A DNA stretch of 64,000 nucleotides from Nitrosopumilus sp. (GCF_025698945.1 NZ_JAILWM010000002.1:166680-230679), one strand, 5' to 3'. Counted from the stretch's first letter, positions 26,847-37,428 are shown. Program-made: numbers and translations. The notes: a model not told the origin generated them from the letters alone.

Positions 26847-27296
26847 ATGGGACGAATGCACACTCATAGACATGGAAAATCACATTCCATAAGACCAGCT
26901 ACTCTACGTGCACCTTCATGGATTACACAGAGCCCAGCAGAAATTGAAGAATTAGTAATAAAATATTCCAAAGAGGGTTTAACTCCTAGCCAAATTGGAA
27001 TTAAACTAAGAGATCAGCATTCAATTCCATTAATCAAACCAATTACCAAAAAAGGCATCGGTCAAATTCTTGAAGAAAATGATTTGAGAGCAGAAATGCC
27101 AGAAGACCTAGATAACATTGTAAGAAAAGCAGTTGGTCTTCAAAAACACCTTAAAGAAAACAAGGGAGACAATAGAAATGTTAGATCTTTGGAATTAATC
27201 GAAGCCAAAGTACATAGACTATCTGTATATTACAAAAGGATAGGACGAATTCCAGCAAAATGGAAATATAAATCCGTGGTTGCTCAATTAGAGTAA
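26847..27296 (+). CDS. rps15: 30S ribosomal protein S15P/S13e (uS15)
   Basis: MGRMHTHRHGKSHS, SQIGIKLRD, PEDL; start re-called to ATG 26847. Confidence 0.97.
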   Translation: MGRMHTHRHGKSHSIRPATLRAPSWITQSPAEIEELVIKYSKEGLTPSQIGIKLRDQHSIPLIKPITKKGIGQILEENDLRAEMPEDLDNIVRKAVGLQKHLKENKGDNRNVRSLELIEAKVHRLSVYYKRIGRIPAKWKYKSVVAQLE

Positions 27297-28717
27297 TGAC
27301 AAAATCACTTGACGAATCACTTTCATTTTTCAAAGATAAAATTTCAGACTGTATAAAATCAAAAAAATCAATTTCCGTTACAACTCATATTGATTGTGAT
27401 GGACTTACATCAGGAAGTATTATTACCAAAGCACTAATCAGAGAAGGGGCAAATTGCACTGTTAGAACATCAAAAGAATTTAGTAAAAAAATTGTAGAAT
27501 CATTCAAAACAGATTCTAGAGACTTTCACATTGTAACTGATTTGGGAGGAGGGTTTGCAAAAGAACTCAATGAAACATTAGGAGATAATTGGATAGTTTT
27601 AGATCATCATCAAATTTCTGATGAAGAAATAGATAATGAAAATGTCATCAATGCATGGAGTTATGGAATTGATGGAGGAGTTGAGATATGTGCTGGAGGA
27701 ATGGCATATCTAGCATCAGTTGCCCTTGATGAGAAAAATTCAGATTTATCGTCTATTGCTGTGGTCTCGGCTTTAGGAGATAGACAAGATCAAGGAGAAA
27801 GAAAGTCATTTACTGGAAAGAATTTTGAAATTGCAAATACTGCCAAAGAATTAGGATTAGTGGATATTGATTTAGACTTGCTTTTAGTTGGCAGGGAAAC
27901 AAGACCACTTCCAGATGCATTAGCATTTACATCTCAGCCATTTATTGAAGGATTAACATGGAACAGAGATACTTGTCTTTCACTTCTTAATTCATCTGGA
28001 ATTAAGTTAAAAGATGGAGGTAGGTGGAGAGTACCTGCGGAACTAAATGAGGAGGAAAAAAGACAAGTTATTGAATCAATTTCCAAATTTACCTCTGGCA
28101 AAAACTCCACTGAGATAATGTCAGAGTTAATCGGATATACATACACATTTCCAAGAGAAGATAAGAGAAGTTTCTTGCGAGATGGAAGAGAATTTTCAAC
28201 TATGTTAAACTCGTGTGGGAGAATAAATCGATCTGGAGTTGGAATGGCAGTATGCATGGGTGATCGAAATAAGATACTAAGAGAGGGAGAATCAATTTTA
28301 ACAGATTATAGAAGAATGATCAGAGAGTACATGAATATTCTTTCAAATGAGAGATGGAGAATTTCAGAAAGTGAGACATGTGTGATGGTAAATGGGGAAG
28401 ACATTGTTCCTGAAACCATGACAGGTACCATTTCATCATTAATTGCAGGATCACCTAAAAATGCAGGAAAAATTGTAATTTTGAGAACCAAAGGAGAAGA
28501 GAATACAATAAAATTCTCATCAAGAAAATCCTTTGGTTGTAATTCAGATATCAATCTTAGTGAAGTAATGAGAATCGGTGCTGAAAAATTTGATGGTGTC
28601 GGGGGAGGGCATAATACAGCAGCTGGAGCAAAAATAACTAAAGACAAATTAGATGAATTTCTTAATTATTTAGAAGTAAATGTCGTTAACGTGTCAAGTC
28701 CAAGTAACAATCAATAA
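27296..28717 (+). CDS. recJ: RecJ-like DHH family phosphoesterase
   Basis: HIDCDG, TDLG, LDHH, GGGH; typical rps15-recJ-pcc1-serS-rps3ae cluster. Confidence 0.88.
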   Translation: MTKSLDESLSFFKDKISDCIKSKKSISVTTHIDCDGLTSGSIITKALIREGANCTVRTSKEFSKKIVESFKTDSRDFHIVTDLGGGFAKELNETLGDNWIVLDHHQISDEEIDNENVINAWSYGIDGGVEICAGGMAYLASVALDEKNSDLSSIAVVSALGDRQDQGERKSFTGKNFEIANTAKELGLVDIDLDLLLVGRETRPLPDALAFTSQPFIEGLTWNRDTCLSLLNSSGIKLKDGGRWRVPAELNEEEKRQVIESISKFTSGKNSTEIMSELIGYTYTFPREDKRSFLRDGREFSTMLNSCGRINRSGVGMAVCMGDRNKILREGESILTDYRRMIREYMNILSNERWRISESETCVMVNGEDIVPETMTGTISSLIAGSPKNAGKIVILRTKGEENTIKFSSRKSFGCNSDINLSEVMRIGAEKFDGVGGGHNTAAGAKITKDKLDEFLNYLEVNVVNVSSPSNNQ

Positions 28718-28922
28718 AATATCAAAAGAAAAGGCGGAAACTGTCAAAAAGGCATTAGAACCAGATAATGTGAATTTTCCCGAAGGATTGAGTCTTTATG
28801 TTGAAAATATTGATAACAAACTAGTTTTTAATTTTGAGAGTAAGAAAAACATGAAACAGCTGATTGGAACTATTGATGAAGTGTTAGAGCATATTCAGGT
28901 TGCACTAAAGGTGATAGAATAG
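28680..28922 (+). CDS. pcc1: KEOPS complex subunit Pcc1
   Basis: 80 aa, ALEPDN motif, conserved position after recJ. Confidence 0.8.
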   Translation: MSLTCQVQVTINKISKEKAETVKKALEPDNVNFPEGLSLYVENIDNKLVFNFESKKNMKQLIGTIDEVLEHIQVALKVIE

Positions 28923-30187
28923 TGTTAGATCCTAAATTAATCAAGGAAAAATCCCAAATAATTCAAGATATGCTAAAAGCAAGATCTGTAGATTTTGATT
29001 TAGATGCCCTAATAGAATCTGATCAAAAACGACGTGATTTTATTATAAAGACTGACGAATATAGAAAAAGGAAAAATGAAATCGGGATACAAATCTCAAA
29101 AATGAAAAAAGCAGGAGAGGATACAACCCAGATCTTAAATGAAATGGTTGAGATCTCTGCAAAATTAACAAAGTTAGAATCAGAGCAATCAGAAATAGAA
29201 AAAGATTATTCAAAATTAGCATTAACTATTCCGAATCTTATTCATGAATCAGTTCCAATTGGAGCCGATGACAGTTTCAATAAAGAAATTAGAAAATGGG
29301 GGGAAATTCCAAATTTTGATTTTAAAATAAACGATCACATCGATATTTCAGAAAATTTGGATTTAGTAGATTTGGAGAGAGCAGCAAAAGTTGCAGGAGC
29401 CAGATTTTATTACTTGAAAAATGATTTAGTTAGATTAAACCAGTCATTGATTCATTTTGGATTAGATTTTCTTGCGGAAAAAAAATATTCATTGGTTCAA
29501 CCACCATATATGATCAATAGAGAATCAATGGAAGGTGCAGTTATTGCAGATGATTTTGAAGAGGTCATTTACAAAGTTGATCAAGAAGATCTTTACATGA
29601 TTGGAACATCAGAGCATGCCATGGCAGCAATGCATTCTAAAGAAATCATTGAGGGAAAAGATCTTCCTATCAGATATGCTGGAATTAGTCCCTGTTTTAG
29701 AAAAGAAGCAGGTGCTCATGGTCGGGATCAGAAAGGGATTTTCAGGGTTCACCAATTTGATAAGATTGAGCAATTTGTATTTTCAAGACCTGAAGACTCT
29801 TGGAAGGAACATGAAAGAATGTTATCAATTGTCGAGGAATTTTATCAAAAATTAGGAATTCCTCACAGAGTTATGTTACTATCAAGTGGAGATATGGGCA
29901 AAGTTTCAGCAAAGACATATGATATTGAGGCATGGATGGCAGGACAAAATGCCTACAGGGAAGTAGTTTCATGTTCAAATTGTTTAGACTATCAAGCTCG
30001 CAGATTAAAGATCAGATTCAGAGATAAGACAAATGAGGATACACAATATCTACACACACTCAATAGCACACTAATTGCTACAACAAGAATTTTGGTAGCA
30101 ATAATGGAGAACAATCAAACAAAAGATGGACATATTAGAATTCCAGATGTTTTACAGAAATACATGGGAAATCAGAAAGAAATCTAG
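28922..30187 (+). CDS. serS: Seryl-tRNA synthetase
   Basis: IGTSE, FRKEAGAHG, FRVHQFDKIEQF, HTLNST. Confidence 0.97.
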   Translation: MLDPKLIKEKSQIIQDMLKARSVDFDLDALIESDQKRRDFIIKTDEYRKRKNEIGIQISKMKKAGEDTTQILNEMVEISAKLTKLESEQSEIEKDYSKLALTIPNLIHESVPIGADDSFNKEIRKWGEIPNFDFKINDHIDISENLDLVDLERAAKVAGARFYYLKNDLVRLNQSLIHFGLDFLAEKKYSLVQPPYMINRESMEGAVIADDFEEVIYKVDQEDLYMIGTSEHAMAAMHSKEIIEGKDLPIRYAGISPCFRKEAGAHGRDQKGIFRVHQFDKIEQFVFSRPEDSWKEHERMLSIVEEFYQKLGIPHRVMLLSSGDMGKVSAKTYDIEAWMAGQNAYREVVSCSNCLDYQARRLKIRFRDKTNEDTQYLHTLNSTLIATTRILVAIMENNQTKDGHIRIPDVLQKYMGNQKEI

Positions 30188-30227
30188 TGACATACCCTTA
30201 TATTTTGGATTCAAAGGTCGATAATAA

Positions 30228-30839
30228 TTGGCACGTAGAAAAGGTCGAGTAAAGGACAAGTGGAGAGAAAAACGCTGGATTACAGTTAATGCTCCAGATT
30301 CATTTAACAATGTTCCAATTGCATATGTACCAATCACTGATGATGAAAATGCAGTTGGGAGAGTTTTAGAAGTTACATTATATGATATTCTAAAAGGAGA
30401 TCCTTCACAACACCAATACAAAATCTATTTCCAGATAAACAATGTAGATGGAGACAAGGCAACAACAATGTTCAAGAGATTTGAATACTCAAAAGAATTT
30501 TTACGAAGTTTAGTTAGAAGAGGATCATCAAAAATTAATTTCATTATAGATATCAAAACTAAAGATGGGTATATCTTTAGAATTAAAGTAATTGCACTTA
30601 CTCATAGACAACTAAACACATCTAGAAAACATGCTCTTAGATTAATTGCAAGAGATGTAATTAACAAAACAGTTCCAGATATGACTATTGAACAATTTGT
30701 GCAAGCCACTTGTTACAGTAAGATTAACTCAGATATCATGGCCGCATTTAAGAAAGTAATCAGAGTAAGACATGTAGGTCTAGAGAAAGTCAAACTCATC
30801 AGAACTGCAGAAAAAGAAACAGTATTGCTTGAAGCATAA
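30228..30839 (+). CDS. rps3ae: 30S ribosomal protein S3Ae (eS1)
   Basis: KDKWREKRW, GRVLEVTLYDI, LRSLVRRGSSKI. Confidence 0.95.
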   Translation: MARRKGRVKDKWREKRWITVNAPDSFNNVPIAYVPITDDENAVGRVLEVTLYDILKGDPSQHQYKIYFQINNVDGDKATTMFKRFEYSKEFLRSLVRRGSSKINFIIDIKTKDGYIFRIKVIALTHRQLNTSRKHALRLIARDVINKTVPDMTIEQFVQATCYSKINSDIMAAFKKVIRVRHVGLEKVKLIRTAEKETVLLEA

Positions 30840-30864
30840 AACCTGAAATCATTCAAAATCAATC

Positions 30865-31290
30865 ATGATTGAAAAGATTGAAATTTCTATTGATGTCATA
30901 GTTCATGCCACTGAGGATATTTCAAAAATTTTCAAATCATTTGAGGTATTTGATTTAGAAGAGGAGAATTTTGAGGTCAAAGAAACATCAGGATATTTTG
31001 ATAATCCCATCAAAATCTTAAATGCAAAAATTACCAAAAATAATGCTCAAAAGTTTATGAAAAAACTTGTTGAATTATTATCAAAAGATCAAATTAATGA
31101 GTTAATTGATCAAATTGAAGAAAGAACAGTGGATTCAAGGTTTCACATGAGATTAGACAAACAGGAGTTAATCAAAGGCAGTATAGCAATCAAAGAAAAA
31201 GATACAATAAAAATAAAAATTCATACTCCAATTTACAATAAAAAAGATACAATCAAATCATTTACAGAAATTTTTCAAATTGCCAACTAG
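30865..31290 (+). CDS. Archaeal RNA-binding protein (DUF54-like)
   Basis: VHATED, GYFDNPI, HMRLDKQ. Confidence 0.8.
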   Translation: MIEKIEISIDVIVHATEDISKIFKSFEVFDLEEENFEVKETSGYFDNPIKILNAKITKNNAQKFMKKLVELLSKDQINELIDQIEERTVDSRFHMRLDKQELIKGSIAIKEKDTIKIKIHTPIYNKKDTIKSFTEIFQIAN

Positions 31291-31320
31291 ATTAAATAGG
31301 AATAAGAGAAGAATACCATT

Positions 31321-31391
31321 TGGGAATGAGGAAATAACAGCCGCTCCAGTCTGAGTGAATACTATGAAGACGCCGCGACGAACCGACCCCA
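31321..31391 (+). ncRNA. Box C/D methylation guide sRNA
   Basis: C ATGAGGA 31326-32, D' CTGA 31351-54, C' ATGAAGA 31364-70, D CCGA 31383-86, terminal stem TGGG/CCCA, GC-rich guides. Confidence 0.8.
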
Positions 31392-31478
31392 TAATTGATT
31401 AGATCAATTGAATTTTCAAATAATTTCCCAATAATCATGATGTATTATTTTAAATACGGATAGACGAACCCCATAAAC

Positions 31479-32936
31479 GTGGCAGACTATGATGTTATTG
31501 TTGCAGGCGGAGGGCTTGCAGGTACTATTACAGCACAAGCTATATCTCATTATTCAAAACAAAATCTGAAAATTCTAGTTGTTGATAGAAATACAGAATT
31601 TTTACCAGGTAGAAAATCATTGGCAGGTTGGGTATGTGGTGATGCATGCTCCAAAGAAGCAGTCGATTTTATGTCAAAAAGGATCAAAGTTGAGTGGACC
31701 AGACCTGAAATCGAGCATGATGTTAAAGGGGTAATGGCATTTTCACCAGATAAAGAAACCGCAATTCCATTTGATGGTGCAGGATACATGTTAAATCGTC
31801 AAAAACTACCCGAGATTCAAAATGAAAGATGTAGAAAAATGGGAATTGAATTTGAATATGAAATTAATCTAACTGGTTTAATTTATGAAGGACAGCAGGC
31901 TGTTGGAGTTCAAGGAATAGATAATAAAACTAAACAACCCTACAAAAAAACATCAAAAATTGTGATTGATGCAACAGGAGTTACATCAATGCTAAGAAAC
32001 GGACTCCAAAATTCTACAAAGGTTGAAAAAAGAATCGATAGAAGAGATTTGGAATCAACTGGCAGATACATTATGTACTTTGATCAGGGAGAAAAAGATC
32101 TTTCTGAATTTGATCCTGATTATTGTATAATTCACTTGGATCAAGATATTGCTCCTGGGGGATATGGTTGGGTATTTCCTAAAGCAGATAACAAAGTCAA
32201 TATAGGTTTAGGAGTAGAAAAATCACTTTTAGAAAGAAGGAACAAAAGATTAGGTAAAAAAGACAATGTCGAATCATTAATGAAAGAATATCTAAATCGC
32301 AATACTGCAATAAAAAATCCAAAACTATCAGAAGACCCAGAAGATATCAATAACAATTCAGGGATTTTTCAAGTATCTGTAAGAAGACAAAACGATTGTA
32401 TGGTATCTGGCGGATACATGTTAGTTGGTGACTCAGCATGGATGCCAAAACCAATTGATGCAGGTGGAATTGGTCCAGCATTAATTGCAGGAACTATTCT
32501 TGGAAACAATGTAGCACAAGCAATTGAAGCTAATGATGTAACAGAGGCTGGACTTTGGCAATACAATTTAGATTTTATCAAAGAGTATGGATACAAAACT
32601 GCTGGTCTTGAATTGTTTAGAAGATTAGTACAACAGATGAGTAATGAGCAAATTAGTTATGGAATGAAACACTTTTTGGGAAATCTTGATGTAGAATCAA
32701 TAAGTAAAGGCGAACATCCTGACTTTTCTGGACTAGGTAAAATTGGAATGATTATCAGAGGTGCAATGAATAAAACAGTTGCAGATGGACTAAGATACAC
32801 ATCAAAACAAAATCAATGGTTAGTAGAACATTACTATAACTATCCAAAAGATCCTTCTGGATTTGAGCAGTGGAATAAAACATTACATCAAAGACTCGAT
32901 GAAGCTTTTGCAAAAGTAGAAGCATTTGATAAATAG
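31479..32936 (+). CDS. Geranylgeranyl reductase family FAD-dependent oxidoreductase (probable DGGGPL reductase)
   Basis: VAGGGLAG, CGDA, DATG, GYGWVFP, VGDSA..KPIDAGGI. Confidence 0.85.
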   Translation: MADYDVIVAGGGLAGTITAQAISHYSKQNLKILVVDRNTEFLPGRKSLAGWVCGDACSKEAVDFMSKRIKVEWTRPEIEHDVKGVMAFSPDKETAIPFDGAGYMLNRQKLPEIQNERCRKMGIEFEYEINLTGLIYEGQQAVGVQGIDNKTKQPYKKTSKIVIDATGVTSMLRNGLQNSTKVEKRIDRRDLESTGRYIMYFDQGEKDLSEFDPDYCIIHLDQDIAPGGYGWVFPKADNKVNIGLGVEKSLLERRNKRLGKKDNVESLMKEYLNRNTAIKNPKLSEDPEDINNNSGIFQVSVRRQNDCMVSGGYMLVGDSAWMPKPIDAGGIGPALIAGTILGNNVAQAIEANDVTEAGLWQYNLDFIKEYGYKTAGLELFRRLVQQMSNEQISYGMKHFLGNLDVESISKGEHPDFSGLGKIGMIIRGAMNKTVADGLRYTSKQNQWLVEHYYNYPKDPSGFEQWNKTLHQRLDEAFAKVEAFDK

Positions 32937-32975
32937 ATCTAATATTAAATATTGAGATAATCATTAAAAACATAC

Positions 32976-33770
32976 TTGGAAGAAACTCAGTATCTTGATT
33001 GGAATAATTCCATTCAAATTTTAAAAAAAGCCCATGAAGCAGGTCTTTTTGTATTAATTATTGGGCCAAAAGGAACAGGTAAAACATCTCTGGTTAGGGA
33101 TTTTGCAAAAAATATGAATTCAAACTTAGATTCAATTAATTTTAGCCTCCGAACTAGAGAAAGTCATCTTGTTGGAACAAAAACCCTAACCGATGGAACA
33201 GTAAGTTTTGACGAAGGGGTTTTGATTAAATCAATGAGGCAGGGGGATTTACTTTACTTAGATGAAATTAATTCAGCTGAAGCAGATGTATTATTGAGAT
33301 TAGATGAAGCATTAGATGATCGACGACAAATAATGCTAAAAGAATCAACAGGAGAAGTAGTAAAGGCCAATGATAATTGGTTTGTTATTGCTACAATTAA
33401 CCCATTAACACATAGTGGAACAAAAGAGTTGCCTCCACAAATTTTAAGCAGATTTCCTGTAAGAATTAGATTAGAATATCCACCAGAAGATATAGAACTA
33501 GAAATTATTAAAAAACATGTTTCAGGAGTAAATGATTCAGAGTTAGTTCAAGCAATAAAATTGGCAAATACATTAAGACAAGCAGCAGCTGTAGAAGAAT
33601 TATTTTATTCACCTAGTTTAAGGGAAACAATTGCATTTGGAAAACTAGTGGAGAAAGGAATGTCTCCAAAAGATGCTGCAAATTACGTTTTTGGAAATGT
33701 TTACACACAATGGGGAAATATAGAATATCAAAAAGTAAGCGACATCATTACCTCCATGTTTGGTAATTAG
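32976..33770 (+). CDS. MoxR-type AAA+ ATPase (CbbQ/NirQ/NorQ-like)
   Basis: GPKGTGKT, LYLDEIN, LDEALDDRR, ATINP, ILSRF. Confidence 0.9.
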   Translation: MEETQYLDWNNSIQILKKAHEAGLFVLIIGPKGTGKTSLVRDFAKNMNSNLDSINFSLRTRESHLVGTKTLTDGTVSFDEGVLIKSMRQGDLLYLDEINSAEADVLLRLDEALDDRRQIMLKESTGEVVKANDNWFVIATINPLTHSGTKELPPQILSRFPVRIRLEYPPEDIELEIIKKHVSGVNDSELVQAIKLANTLRQAAAVEELFYSPSLRETIAFGKLVEKGMSPKDAANYVFGNVYTQWGNIEYQKVSDIITSMFGN

Positions 33771-35333
33771 ATGCAAGCAATTCAACTTCAAAATGAATCT
33801 TTAGTTGAGATTGCTACTTTTCTTGTAAGGCGATGGTCAGAAAGAGATAACATGGTAGTTGAAATCTCCGATAAAGTTGAAACTAAAACAAGACTTAATG
33901 AAAATAAGGTAATACTTACACCACTTGAAAAGAGAATTGGAAATGACTTTCAAAAATATCGACAACTAAGAACATCGTTATGGTATGAAGCAATGAGAAT
34001 AAAGTACTGTAAAAAAATTCTTAGCAATGATCATGCATTTGGTTTTATTCTCAATACAATTGAAACATCAAGAATTGAACAACTAGGAAGGAAAATTTGG
34101 AAAGGAATGACTGATGAAATTATTTTTAATTACGCCTACATGTTAGTAGAAAGACCTCAATTACATACGGTTTATGGAAAAGCTAGAATCGTAGAGGCAT
34201 TTTACCAATATTTTATGTTTGGAGCAATAAAAGGTGAAATACAATCAAGCCACTTTGAGAAAATTAAAGAAGCATCTATTTTTGCAAAGAAAATTGTAAA
34301 AAAAGCGATTGAAGAAAACTATGATACAGAGTGGCTTGAAAAAAATGTTAGTCAAATTATTAAAATTCTAGATATTGATTCTCTACTAACAATTCCAATG
34401 TCAGTATCATTTTTGAAAGCTGGAATGGCACTAACTGAAGAAGAATTACTAAAAGTTCTAAAAATTATTGCCAAAAATAAAGAAGGAGATTTTGGATCTG
34501 TAGATTCTTCTGCAATTTTAAGAGGAGATAATGTTTATGGAGAATACAAAGTATTACTTGATGAGAATAAAAAAAGTGAAAATAAAGGATTGACCCCTGA
34601 AGCAATTGGAATTCAAATTCCATCAACAAAAAATGTTGATGAAACAACAATTTATGATATGAATTTAATTAATGGATTAAAAGTAAAATTCAAAGAATGG
34701 AAAACAGGTTGGAAAGAACAACACCTCAGTTCAGGAGAAGAGTTTGATGAAGAAAACTACATTGAGGGTCATGAACCATTTTTTACAGATGTTAAAAAGT
34801 CAATTAAAACAAAAATTGTAATATTATTGGATCACTCATCTAGTATTGCATCAGATGCACTGGAATACAAAAAAGCAACTCTGGCTCTTTGTGAGGTTTT
34901 ATCATATCTCAAAGTAAAATTTGCAGTTTATGCATTTAGTACTGAAAACAGATCAGTTGTCTGCTGGTCTATCAAACCTGACAACATAAAGTGGAATAAT
35001 ATAACTGCAAAGAGGTTAACTCAGGTAGTTGCAAATGGATCAACTCCATTAGCAGAAGTTTATGATAAAATGTTTCCAACATTACAATCAAAAAGGCCAG
35101 ACATCTTTTTGACATTAACAGATGGAGAACCATCAGATCCTGATGCTGTAAGAAATATGACAAAAGCTCTCAAAGGATTAGGAATTAAGATGGTAGCCTT
35201 AGGATTAGGGCCAAATACTCTCAGAGCTACTACTATTGCTAATAATCTCAAGCATTTAGGATATGAAAAAACAATGGCTGTAAGTAGACTAAAAGACATT
35301 CCAAGTAAAGTAATCAGTGTTTTAGATGTTTAA
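33771..35333 (+). CDS. VWA domain protein (CbbO/NorD-like partner)
   Basis: MIDAS LLDHSSS, GSTP, LTDGEP; directly follows the ATPase. Confidence 0.85.
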   Translation: MQAIQLQNESLVEIATFLVRRWSERDNMVVEISDKVETKTRLNENKVILTPLEKRIGNDFQKYRQLRTSLWYEAMRIKYCKKILSNDHAFGFILNTIETSRIEQLGRKIWKGMTDEIIFNYAYMLVERPQLHTVYGKARIVEAFYQYFMFGAIKGEIQSSHFEKIKEASIFAKKIVKKAIEENYDTEWLEKNVSQIIKILDIDSLLTIPMSVSFLKAGMALTEEELLKVLKIIAKNKEGDFGSVDSSAILRGDNVYGEYKVLLDENKKSENKGLTPEAIGIQIPSTKNVDETTIYDMNLINGLKVKFKEWKTGWKEQHLSSGEEFDEENYIEGHEPFFTDVKKSIKTKIVILLDHSSSIASDALEYKKATLALCEVLSYLKVKFAVYAFSTENRSVVCWSIKPDNIKWNNITAKRLTQVVANGSTPLAEVYDKMFPTLQSKRPDIFLTLTDGEPSDPDAVRNMTKALKGLGIKMVALGLGPNTLRATTIANNLKHLGYEKTMAVSRLKDIPSKVISVLDV

Positions 35334-35417
35334 ATCAATGAGTAACGTTTCCTTCTGCATCGTTTTCTTATGAAATATTTTATATGAGATTAGAATTGAT
35401 GCAACACTAGAGAGATT

Positions 35418-36968
35418 TTGAGCGAAAACCAAAACAATTCCATCGATAATGTTTTGTTAGAAAAATTTGAACAAGAAATATGGAATAAAATACCTCATTT
35501 GAAAGAAGAAGAAATTGTAAATCCAACGCCACTAGTTGATCTAACGGAAGATTTCATAGAATGTGCCAAAAGTGTGTATAAAGTAGACCTTGATGAGAAG
35601 GATTTGAAAGTCTATGGAAAGTTTGATTCTACATTATTAAGTGGATCAATCAAAGTAAGAGCTGCTTCACACATCATCCATGAAGCAATTATCTCGGGTA
35701 AACTAAAAGGAAATCAAACAGTAATTGAAGCTACTTCGGGAAATTTCGGAATAGCACTGGGTCTATTATCAAAGATTGGAGTGAATGTAGTTGCACTTGT
35801 ATCAAGAAAGCTACAAGAAGGAGTGTTTAAAGAATTAAGAAATGAAAATATTCGAATTATGGATTTGGATATGGATATTTGTCCTGCACCAGGAATGGAA
35901 AATAAAGCAGACGAGTTGGCTGCAAAAGCAACTGCTGGGAATATTCGTTCACAACTAGTAGAGCTCGGATTTGATCCTAAAATTTTTGATGAAAATATTC
36001 AAGATATAGAATCATTGCTAGCTAAACAAGACATCATAAACTTGGCAAGATTTCTTGCAAAAATTTACGATTTATTCTGTCCAAAACAATACGATAATGA
36101 ATTGAACATAGATATCCATAGGACAGTAACAGCTCCTGAAATTGATCAGCAACTGCACAAAAATGGAGATTCATTAGAAAATTATCAAATAATTTGTTCA
36201 TTTGGTACTGGAGGAACATCAGGAGGTTTAAGTCAATATATGACCAACAAATATGGAAAAAAATCAATTCATGTAGTTTTCCCAAACCCAGGACAAGATG
36301 TTGCAGGAATTAGAACTAAGGCAAAAGCCACAGGATTGACACTATATGATCCTAAGACATATGCAGCAGAACACGAGGTGGATTTTGAGAAAGCAAAATT
36401 TCTTTTAAAGTATTTTGTGGATAAAGGACACGATATTGGAGAAAGCACAGCTCTAGAATTATTTTCAGCAATGGAGATGGCAAAATCTGGAAATTATAAA
36501 AAATTTGTCATCATGGTAGCTGATGGAATTGAAAAATACAGGAAGAACTTTGAGCAGATATCAAAAAATAAAATGCCAATAAACATTTCCTTAGAGCAAG
36601 CATCATCAACAGTAAATGATTATGATAAAGTTATCTGGGTACATACACAATATACTCCTAAGGAAGAAGGAATTGAAATGATTGCAAAGTCATTAGGAAT
36701 TGACAAGTCTAAAATTTCAATACCCAAAGCAAGCACCATTAATCAATTATTATCAACTCAACAAATTCCAGAAGAACTCAGTAAGGAACTAAATGGTTCA
36801 AAAGGAAAATCCTTGTTAGTGTGCATGGCAGGAAATACATCACTTATGACTGCACAAGTACTTGCAAGTAAAGGAATAGTTACTCAGAGTTTGAATGGTG
36901 GAATCACAAACTTACCTGAAGGAAGAGGTAAAAATCCTGGGGAATACATCAAAGTAGCTACTGAATAA
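35418..36968 (+). CDS. PLP-dependent cysteine synthase-family enzyme fused to a rhodanese-like domain
   Basis: SGSIKVR, EATSGNFG, FGTGGT; C-terminal VCMAGNTS..SLNGGI. Confidence 0.8.
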   Translation: MSENQNNSIDNVLLEKFEQEIWNKIPHLKEEEIVNPTPLVDLTEDFIECAKSVYKVDLDEKDLKVYGKFDSTLLSGSIKVRAASHIIHEAIISGKLKGNQTVIEATSGNFGIALGLLSKIGVNVVALVSRKLQEGVFKELRNENIRIMDLDMDICPAPGMENKADELAAKATAGNIRSQLVELGFDPKIFDENIQDIESLLAKQDIINLARFLAKIYDLFCPKQYDNELNIDIHRTVTAPEIDQQLHKNGDSLENYQIICSFGTGGTSGGLSQYMTNKYGKKSIHVVFPNPGQDVAGIRTKAKATGLTLYDPKTYAAEHEVDFEKAKFLLKYFVDKGHDIGESTALELFSAMEMAKSGNYKKFVIMVADGIEKYRKNFEQISKNKMPINISLEQASSTVNDYDKVIWVHTQYTPKEEGIEMIAKSLGIDKSKISIPKASTINQLLSTQQIPEELSKELNGSKGKSLLVCMAGNTSLMTAQVLASKGIVTQSLNGGITNLPEGRGKNPGEYIKVATE

Positions 36969-36972
36969 TATT

Positions 36973-37428
36973 TTGAAATGTCTTTCGGTTTCTCAACCAT
37001 TTGCTGATTTGATTATCTCAGGTAAAAAAACTATAGAGTTAAGAAAATGGAACACGAATTTTCGAGGTGAATTTTTAATTCATGCACCAATTAAAATTAG
37101 AACTAAAGATTCTAAGAGATTGAAAATAAATAAAAAATTTGTAACTGGTGTTATTGTTGGCAAAGCAGAACTATATGATGTAAAAAAGTATAATTCGTTA
37201 AAAGAGATTAATGCTGAGAAAAAATTTCATTTTGCATCTAAAGATTATCATAATAAAACATATGGATTTTTACTAAAGAAAGCAAAAGCATTTAGAATTC
37301 CAATTCCTTGTAAAGGTCAATTAGGTTTTTTTGAAGTAGATTTGCCAAAATCTAAAATAAAAAATAATGAAATTGTATCAGATATCATTGATGAAGAATT
37401 TAGGTATCAGTGGATTGGACATCATTGA
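36973..37428 (+). CDS. ASCH domain protein
   Basis: LSVSQPFADLIISGKKTIELR, RGEFLIHA, KGQLGFF. Confidence 0.9.
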   Translation: MKCLSVSQPFADLIISGKKTIELRKWNTNFRGEFLIHAPIKIRTKDSKRLKINKKFVTGVIVGKAELYDVKKYNSLKEINAEKKFHFASKDYHNKTYGFLLKKAKAFRIPIPCKGQLGFFEVDLPKSKIKNNEIVSDIIDEEFRYQWIGHH

